This document shows, piece after piece, positions 6,952-12,876 of a stretch of DNA of 12,876 bases. The stretch lies in contig CAZOYL010000073.1 in NCBI GenBank assembly GCA_964584035.1, positions 1 to 12,876 on the forward strand. Reading direction: 5' to 3'. The position numbers and the translations under genes were made by a program. Every line of letters starts with the position of its first letter. Position 1 is the stretch's first letter. The DNA comes from an uncultured Gemmatimonadota bacterium. GTDB lineage: Bacteria; SM23-81. Below the pieces are notes generated by a model. It saw nothing but the letters and a program-made list of their open reading frames with translations. It was not told the DNA's origin and did not search any database.

Positions 6952-8862
6952 GGGCACCACGAAATCGATCCAGATAGGATTGGTATAGGCCCGGTGGCCG
7001 GCGTTGCCGTCAGAGGTCAGCAGCTCGGCGCGGAGAAAGTGGAGGCCGCGCAGGCCGTGAACACTCAGATCGATGGTGGCGGTCCCGCTGTAACCTTGTC
7101 CGCTGCTGTTGGGATCGAAGCTCGTCAGCGTGGTGGTCCCTGCGCTGTCGCCGGTGATCAACTGAACGCTTGTCACCGGACCGAACTCGGGCAATGAGGC
7201 CCAGCGGATCTTCAGCGGCAGATATCCGGTCGGATCGGCGATGCCATCGTCGCCGATCATCAGGTCGCCGGCCTCGTACCAGTCGCCATCGTCGTCGCGG
7301 TCCAGACCGATCTCCAGGAAGGGCCCGTCGGTGGCCACCGATCTTCCGGCCCGGTGGGCCGCCATGATCTCGCCCATCGGCGGCAAATTCCCGGGGCCGT
7401 AATCCCCCGGCACGTGGACGACCGTCTGCACCTTGCCGATGGCGTTGTCGGTGGCGTAGCTGCTCAGGATGTTGGAGTAAGCGGCGTAGTTGAAATCGCC
7501 GTGGGCGTCGCTGCCCCCGGAGAAGAAGACTTTTCGAGGCGCTTCGGAGGCGATGTCTTCGACCAGCAGGTCGTCCCACAGAGCCACCCCGCCCAGCAGC
7601 TCGTTGGGATACGGGTTGTCGTACGGCGTCCCGGCGTCGAAGTCGGCCCAGGGATTGTTGGCGTCGCCGGACCTCAGACTCTCGCGGGTGTTGAAGGCTT
7701 CTATGCCGCGGAACTTTTCCCGGGCCAGGGCTGAGTCCAGATCCTCATCGAGCCACTGGGTGCCTTTGACCCCGGTCAGATCATAAATCGGATGGGCGGC
7801 ATAGGCGAATCCCTCGGCGGCCAGCTGATCCAGCCCGTCGGGCAGAGGGGGCGTCACCGGCTGCTCGCCGATGACGCCGCTGTAAGGTGAATTGATGTAA
7901 TCGGGATTGTAGAACAGGCAGTGCAGGGTCTTCTGCCAGGTATCGGGATCGACCGAGGAGAGGTTGATCTCCACCCCGCGGAACAGACGGAGATCCGGCG
8001 AGTCCAGGTCGGCGATATCGGCCCCGATCGAGGCCCAGGAGGAGCCGTAGCTGAACACGTCTCGGGTGACCGTCTCGATCCCTGAGGGCGACTGGATGGT
8101 GTACTCCCAGTACAGGGTGGCGTAGGAATAGGTCCCGTCGCCGGTCTCGTCCAGGTCGCAGGAATGATCGGTGGTGGTCAGCCAGTCCAGGCCCAGGGCC
8201 CGCGCGGTCAGCCTGACCGCCGGCAGTGGGGCCCCGAACTCGACCGTGTTGTTGGTGTACATGGTGTGATAGTGGCTGTCGCCGCCGTACCAGTCCTCCG
8301 GCCAGGGGAACCGGCCATGGCCCACGTGGACTCGAAGATAGCGGTCCTCGGTGTAGTTGAAGATGTTGTCCTTGTAATAGACCGAGACCTTCAGCTGGAT
8401 GGCGTCCCCGGCCGCGTAGTCCAGGTTGGCCGGGGTCAGCAGGGTGTTGTCCGGCAGAGAGGAATGCCCCTCGGTGACGGTGGTGATGTAGGTCCAGTAG
8501 TTGGCTTCGGAGGGGTTGTCGCCGATGCGCTCATTCCCGAAGTCGTGGTCCCACAGAAGGGTTGAGCCGCCCCCGGTGACGTCCCAGCAGCGGATCCAGT
8601 GCAGCTCGCGGATGTCGTCCACGTCGCAGTCCTTGAGGATGATGGTCACCGGGATCGCCGTGTACTCATCCTTCACCCGCCAGGGGGCGTCCATGATGAA
8701 GTCCTTGGCGTAGGTGTTGTTGTATTTGGGGGCGTCGCCATCGGTGGAGCGGAAGCTCTCCTCGGCCCCTGCGGGAAGGATGTGCATCAGGAGCAGCAGG
8801 GAAGCGAAGATGGCCGCCGCCGATAGCGATAGGATAGCGCCGTTCTTCTGAGACTGGTTCAT
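6616..8862 (-). CDS. Secreted PHP-domain (CehA/McbA-like) metallohydrolase with C-terminal FN3-like module
   Basis: ORF 6616..8868; ATG 8862 preferred because TAAGGA lies 5 nt upstream and overlaps the amylase stop. Signal peptide; PHP motifs GDSHYHT, TTDHS, GVEI, AAHP, IEAFN, GGSDAH, plus GRSVATDGP and AYTNPIW. Confidence 0.85.
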   Translation of the reverse strand: MNQSQKNGAILSLSAAAIFASLLLLMHILPAGAEESFRSTDGDAPKYNNTYAKDFIMDAPWRVKDEYTAIPVTIILKDCDVDDIRELHWIRCWDVTGGGSTLLWDHDFGNERIGDNPSEANYWTYITTVTEGHSSLPDNTLLTPANLDYAAGDAIQLKVSVYYKDNIFNYTEDRYLRVHVGHGRFPWPEDWYGGDSHYHTMYTNNTVEFGAPLPAVRLTARALGLDWLTTTDHSCDLDETGDGTYSYATLYWEYTIQSPSGIETVTRDVFSYGSSWASIGADIADLDSPDLRLFRGVEINLSSVDPDTWQKTLHCLFYNPDYINSPYSGVIGEQPVTPPLPDGLDQLAAEGFAYAAHPIYDLTGVKGTQWLDEDLDSALAREKFRGIEAFNTRESLRSGDANNPWADFDAGTPYDNPYPNELLGGVALWDDLLVEDIASEAPRKVFFSGGSDAHGDFNYAAYSNILSSYATDNAIGKVQTVVHVPGDYGPGNLPPMGEIMAAHRAGRSVATDGPFLEIGLDRDDDGDWYEAGDLMIGDDGIADPTGYLPLKIRWASLPEFGPVTSVQLITGDSAGTTTLTSFDPNSSGQGYSGTATIDLSVHGLRGLHFLRAELLTSDGNAGHRAYTNPIWIDFVVPPAAIADLSASLAGDMIHLSWSAVTVDIEETPISVDHYIIYRGIDPDFSPGPSDSIAATAGTFYDDATAALGDPATDHYYLVKAVEAGMKSADSSVVGEFDVNLINTTAGHR

Positions 8863-8870
8863 GGTCATCC

Positions 8871-9197
8871 TTATTTGCTGTTGATCAACTCCTGATCGAA
8901 CTCTCCCACCCGGTTCGAATCGTCCGATTTCCCCCCGGATCCATCCACCGCCCTGACCACATAGTAGTGGTTCGTCACCGTGTCCTTCAGCGCCGCGGTA
9001 GGATCGTCATAGGAGGTCCCGACCGTGCCGCCGATGGAATCGGGCGCCCCCGGGCTGAAGGCCGGATCATCTCCGCGATAGACGATGTAATGGTCCACGA
9101 CGATAGGCTGGCCGATGATGTTCTCGGTGACGGCCGACCAGGCCAGATGAAGGTTACTGCCAGCCAGAGTTGCCGTCAGATCGCCGATGGCTGCCGG
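8871..9197 (-). repeat. Shared C-terminal FN3-like GEFD module, copy in the GH13 enzyme
   Basis: PAAIGDLTATLAGSNLHLAWSAVT...VDHYIVYR...NHYYVVRAVD...DSNRVGEFDQELINSK. Confidence 0.85.
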
Positions 9198-11474
9198 GAC
9201 TGCCTCCGAATAGGGCTGATCCCAGGGCGTGCCGGCATATTCCACCACGAAGGGCGTCTGCGTCGTATCCACATAGACGAGATTATTCGGATCCGGCGAC
9301 CAGCCTAAGCTGTGCCCGGTGAACTGGTGGGCATTGAGCTTGTACTTGTAGTTGAACCAGGTGTCCTGGGTGACGATCATGGTGTCGGTCCGCGACCAGG
9401 TACTGTCACCCTGATAGGTCATATCCAGCCCGGCTGACCAGTCCAGGGGCGGCCAGTCGCCGCGCAGCTCCAGGTCATAGCCCAGGGGCTGGGTCTCCCA
9501 GCCGGACAGGTCCAGGATGAACTTCACCGGGTGCTCATGGTAGGGCTGATCCCAGCCGGAGCCGTTGTACTGGACCACCTGCGGGTGCTGGGTGGTGTCG
9601 ATCTGGAAGCTCAGGTTGGAGCCCGGCACCCAGCCGATGGAGCCGAATTCGTCGAAGCCGCGGCCGGTGAGCTTGTATTTGTACTCCACCCATTCACCAT
9701 GCAGATACCCGAAAAAATCCACCTCGGCCTGCCAGATCCCGGCGCCGACATCGACCGTGGGGATGCCGCTGGCCCAGCTCAGCGGAGCTTCGTCACCGCG
9801 CACTCCGGGGGTGAACAGATCCGGTTGCGGGTCCCAGGAGGACAGGTCGGCCTGAAAGAGCACCGTGTGACCGGCCGTGTCGGCCACCCCGGAGATGCCT
9901 AAGATGGAGAAGGACTCCCGGCCCAGATGCAGGGGATAGCTGTCGGCATTGGCCGCCGTGATGTCCGGGTAACTCTCGTTCCCCCACAGGTCGGTGACCG
10001 TTCGGGTCGCCGAGCCCAGGGGCGTGCCGGTGAAGTCGATGTCCAAATTCAGGATCGAGTTGGAGAAGTTCAGGGCCACATAGACCAAGCTGGTGTCGCT
10101 GGTCCGCAGAAATGAACAGACCCGCGAGTCGCCGGGCCAGACGGTGAAGTACTCGCCCGAGCGCAGCGCCTGCTGTTCCCCCCGCAGGGCGGCCAGCCGG
10201 CGGTAGTGATGCAGCAGCGAGGTGGTGTCGGCCTCCTGCTCCTGAACCGAGACCCCGTCGCCGTTCTGGATGAATTCGTTGGCCGTATACTCCGGACGGT
10301 GCCCGAACCAATAGGCGTGGGGCGGAGAAATCAGGTTCGTGTTCCACTCGAAGGTCTCGCGGACGTGCAGATCGTTGGCGTCGTTGCCGTACCAGTCGAC
10401 CTTGTGGCCGCGCATGCCGATCTCCTCGCCGTAGTACATGACCGGCGGGAAGGGGCCGGTGAACAGCCAGGCGGCGCCCAGCCGGCAGCGGCCCAGGTCG
10501 TCGCCTAACTCGGTGCGGATACGGTTGACGTCATGGTTGTTGAGCAGCCCCAGCCACTGGCCGTCCCCCGAGATCAGGGTCAGGTTGGTGGCTGTGTTCT
10601 GGGCCAGATCCCAGCCGGCATCGTTGTTCAGATACCAGCGCACGCCGAACATCAGGGGGACGTCGAAGACGCCGTCGATGCCGTGCAGGAAGATGTCCGG
10701 GTGATGGTTGCCCCAGTCGGAGTCCTCGGCGATGATGATCACTTCAGGATTGACCGCCCGCAGCCCGGCGCTGATGTCGTCCCACAGGGGCAGATCATAG
10801 CCCCAGGCGGCCTCCGAGGACCAGCCGACCGACAGGTGATCGATGCGGAAACCGTCGATGCCGTCGTGGAAATTATCATCGTCGTTCGGATCCAGCCAGT
10901 AGGACAGCTTGTCGATGAGATGTTGCCGCACCGGCAGATGATTGTGGTTCCAGAAGGCCAGGGTGATCCAGTTGTCCTCCCAGTCGTGATAGCCGCCGCC
11001 GAAGCCGAAGTAATCGGTGTTGCCGGGATTGGTGAAGGCGAACCAAAGGTCATAGGCCGATCCCGGATGACCGTAAGCGTCCTGGAAGAAGGGGTGCTCC
11101 TCGGCCACCCCGTAGGCCACCAGGTCGACCAGCACCTTGATCCCGGCGTCGTGAAAATCCTCCACCATGGCGGTGAACTCGGCCTCGGTGCCGAACCTGG
11201 GATTGAGGCTGTCGTGGCGGACGTACTGGTAGCCGTGGTAGGTCCAGGCCAGGAAGACGGGGTTCATCCACACCGCGGTGACGCCCAATTCTTGAAGATA
11301 GGGGATGGCCTCGGCGATGCCGGCGAAGTCGCCGACGCTGTCGCCGTCGGAATCGCGGAAGGCGATCGGGAAGATCTGGTAGAAGATATCGTTCTCCAGG
11401 GATCCGGCAGTCGCACACTCCGGCGCGGCCGCGAGAAGAAAGAGGAGAAAGAAGATGATCAAAACGGTCCTCAT
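8871..11474 (-). CDS. Secreted GH13 alpha-amylase-family glycoside hydrolase with two CBM20-like repeats and C-terminal FN3-like module
   Basis: ORF 8871..11492; ATG 11474 (MRTVLII...) preferred because of SD GGAG at 11480-11483. Motifs IFYQIF, DSDGDSVGDF, YHGY, DGFRIDH (nucleophile), IIAED (acid/base), NNHD, YYGEEIG. Confidence 0.92.
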   Translation of the reverse strand: MRTVLIIFFLLFLLAAAPECATAGSLENDIFYQIFPIAFRDSDGDSVGDFAGIAEAIPYLQELGVTAVWMNPVFLAWTYHGYQYVRHDSLNPRFGTEAEFTAMVEDFHDAGIKVLVDLVAYGVAEEHPFFQDAYGHPGSAYDLWFAFTNPGNTDYFGFGGGYHDWEDNWITLAFWNHNHLPVRQHLIDKLSYWLDPNDDDNFHDGIDGFRIDHLSVGWSSEAAWGYDLPLWDDISAGLRAVNPEVIIIAEDSDWGNHHPDIFLHGIDGVFDVPLMFGVRWYLNNDAGWDLAQNTATNLTLISGDGQWLGLLNNHDVNRIRTELGDDLGRCRLGAAWLFTGPFPPVMYYGEEIGMRGHKVDWYGNDANDLHVRETFEWNTNLISPPHAYWFGHRPEYTANEFIQNGDGVSVQEQEADTTSLLHHYRRLAALRGEQQALRSGEYFTVWPGDSRVCSFLRTSDTSLVYVALNFSNSILNLDIDFTGTPLGSATRTVTDLWGNESYPDITAANADSYPLHLGRESFSILGISGVADTAGHTVLFQADLSSWDPQPDLFTPGVRGDEAPLSWASGIPTVDVGAGIWQAEVDFFGYLHGEWVEYKYKLTGRGFDEFGSIGWVPGSNLSFQIDTTQHPQVVQYNGSGWDQPYHEHPVKFILDLSGWETQPLGYDLELRGDWPPLDWSAGLDMTYQGDSTWSRTDTMIVTQDTWFNYKYKLNAHQFTGHSLGWSPDPNNLVYVDTTQTPFVVEYAGTPWDQPYSEAVPAAIGDLTATLAGSNLHLAWSAVTENIIGQPIVVDHYIVYRGDDPAFSPGAPDSIGGTVGTSYDDPTAALKDTVTNHYYVVRAVDGSGGKSDDSNRVGEFDQELINSK
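9210..9869 (-). repeat. Tandem pair of ~110 aa CBM20-like starch-binding repeats (9540-9869 and 9210-9533)
   Basis: Each unit reads HxVxFxxDLSxW...RGDxxPLxW...W...YKYKL...GWxPxxN...DTTQxP...WDQPY. Confidence 0.7.
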
Positions 11475-11535
11475 CTGAACTCCATTGGTCATTCGGCGAA
11501 ATGCCGCCGAAAGGGCGACGATGTCCTATTCTAGC

Positions 11536-11564
11536 ATTGTACCAGATAAGGGGATGATTGTCAA
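11536..11564 (-). promoter_or_regulatory. sigma70-type promoter for the GH13-PHP-C25A unit
   Basis: TTGACA (11564-11559), 17 nt spacer ending TGG, TACAAT (11541-11536). Confidence 0.8.
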
Positions 11565-11599
11565 GGTGAAAGATGGGAGCGGCCGGCGTGAGCGTGGTC

Positions 11600-11865
11600 T
11601 TACCGCACCAGCAGACACTTCCCCGTTGCCCGGTGCTCCCCGGCTCTGATCTGATAAAAGTAGATCCCCGAGCCCAGCCCCTGGGGCGTCCAGGGAACAC
11701 GGTGCTCGCCGGCCTCCAGCGGATCATCCACCAGCTGCGCTACCCGCTGCCCGCGAATATTGTAGATGGCCAGCTCAACCCAACCGGACTCGGGCAGCCG
11801 GAAGCGAAAGGTGGTCGAGGCGTTGAACGGGTTGGGGTAGTTCCCTTCCAGCCGGAAGGCGCCGG
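11600..11865 (-). other. T9SS (Por secretion) type-A C-terminal sorting domain
   Basis: Canonical YPNP, IYNxxGxxV, LxxGxY and terminal KxLLxR motifs. Confidence 0.85.
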
Positions 11866-12876
11866 GCGCTGCGGTTTCGCAGGAAGGCTCTGCCGCGGTC
11901 TCGTAGGGTTGATCCCAGGTCTCGCCGTCATAGGCGATCACCAGGGTGTCGCCGGACAGGTCGGCCCAGGCGTACCTGTTCGACCCCGGGGTCCAGCCCT
12001 GGCCCTGTTCGGAGAAGCCGGGGCCGTTGAGCTTGAACTTGTAGTAGAACCAGGACCCCTGAGCCAGGGTCATGGTCACCGTCCGGGACCAGATCCCGTT
12101 TCCGGCATACTCGGCGTCGAAGCCGGCGTACCAGTCCAGGGGCGGGAAGTCCCCGCGCACCTCCAGGTCGTAGCCGAAGGGCTGCTGCTCCCAGTGGGCC
12201 AGGTCGATGACGAAGCGGACCGGATGCTGACGGTAGGGCTGCCCCCAGGCGGATCCGTCGTAGGAGATGATCTGCGGGTGCTGGGTGGTGTCGATCACGA
12301 AGCTGAGATTGGGATCCGGCGACCAGCCGGCCGAATGGCTCTCGAATCCCCGGCCGGACAGCTTGTACTTATACTCCACCGTCTGTCCGTGGAGCGAGCC
12401 CTTGCATTCCACCTCGGTCTGCCAGACGCCGCCGGCCTCCTCATCCATGAACTGGCCGTAGTACCAGCTCAGGGGGTACGTGTCTCCGTGAAGCTCCGGG
12501 GGGAAGAGGTCCGGGTCGGGGTCCCAGGCCGACAGGTCGGCCCGGAAGATGAGCCGGTGCCCGGTGGTGTCGATGGTCCCGCCGATGCCTAAGATCGCGG
12601 CCGATTGCGCCTCGAGGTGGAGCGGATAGGCATCGGCATTCGCTGCGCTGATATCATTATAGCTCTGTCTCTGCCACAGGTCGGTCACGGTTCGCTCCAG
12701 CAGGCCCAGCGGAGTGCCGGCGAAATCCAGCTCCAGGTTCACCGCCTGGCCAGCCAGGTTGGCGGCCACCAGCACCGAGCTGGTGTCGTCATAGCGCAGG
12801 CAGGCATAGACCCGCTCATCGCCCACCCAGACCGGATCGAAGGCCCCGCTGCGCAGGGCGGCGTGCTCGCTGCGCA
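11600..12876 (-). CDS. 5'-partial GH13 alpha-amylase-family paralog: end of catalytic region, two CBM20-like repeats, T9SS type-A C-terminal domain
   Basis: The frame is open to the right edge (RSEHAALRSGAFDPVWVGDERV matches RGEQQALRSGEYFTVWPGDSRV of the neighbour). It is collinear with the neighbour up to WDQPY, then reads FRLEGNYPNPFN...LAIYNIRGQRV...LGSGIYFYQI...GKCLLVR. Confidence 0.88.
   Translation of the reverse strand, partial: RSEHAALRSGAFDPVWVGDERVYACLRYDDTSSVLVAANLAGQAVNLELDFAGTPLGLLERTVTDLWQRQSYNDISAANADAYPLHLEAQSAAILGIGGTIDTTGHRLIFRADLSAWDPDPDLFPPELHGDTYPLSWYYGQFMDEEAGGVWQTEVECKGSLHGQTVEYKYKLSGRGFESHSAGWSPDPNLSFVIDTTQHPQIISYDGSAWGQPYRQHPVRFVIDLAHWEQQPFGYDLEVRGDFPPLDWYAGFDAEYAGNGIWSRTVTMTLAQGSWFYYKFKLNGPGFSEQGQGWTPGSNRYAWADLSGDTLVIAYDGETWDQPYETAAEPSCETAAPGAFRLEGNYPNPFNASTTFRFRLPESGWVELAIYNIRGQRVAQLVDDPLEAGEHRVPWTPQGLGSGIYFYQIRAGEHRATGKCLLVR
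11903..12559 (-). repeat. Tandem pair of CBM20-like repeats in the partial GH13 paralog (12233-12559 and 11903-12226)
   Basis: Same unit pattern as 9210-9869 (DLxxW, GDxxPLxW, YKY/FKL, GWxPxxN, WxQPY). Confidence 0.7.

Noticed and set aside
297..12592. Long plus-strand ORFs (e.g. 2812-3600, 5247-6416, 10533-11534, 11573-12592) and alternative-frame minus ORFs (e.g. 85-339, 7010-7579, 11050-11727)
   Set aside because: They overlap motif-supported genes and have no recognisable motifs; they are typical shadow ORFs of high-GC coding DNA.
12824..12826. GTG start of the 408 aa ORF given in the track
   Set aside because: The frame stays open and homologous to the neighbouring amylase up to the window edge, so the gene is 5'-partial.

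Overview
GC-rich bacterial DNA with six co-oriented minus-strand genes for secreted, modular hydrolases. In transcription order: (1) the 3' part of a GH13 alpha-amylase-family gene with two CBM20-like repeats and a T9SS type-A C-terminal domain (YPNPFN); (2) a complete paralogous GH13 + 2xCBM20-like gene; (3) a PHP / CehA-McbA-like metallohydrolase; (4) a gingipain-like C25 cysteine peptidase; (5) a calcineurin-like metallophosphoesterase; (6) a second C25 peptidase, broken by one in-frame TAA and running off the left edge. Three near-consensus sigma70 promoters (TTGACA-17-TAnAAT with an extended-10 TG) and two intrinsic terminators define the transcription units. The main observation is that genes 2-5 have unrelated catalytic domains yet all end in the same ~105-110 aa FN3-like module with a S-N/S-x-x-G-E-F-D-like tail. 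In the amylase pair this module replaces the T9SS C-terminal domain at the same junction, making it a candidate uncharacterised sorting, anchoring or docking tag. The T9SS-type domain suggests an FCB-group host (inference). No RNA genes, CRISPR arrays or mobile elements were seen.
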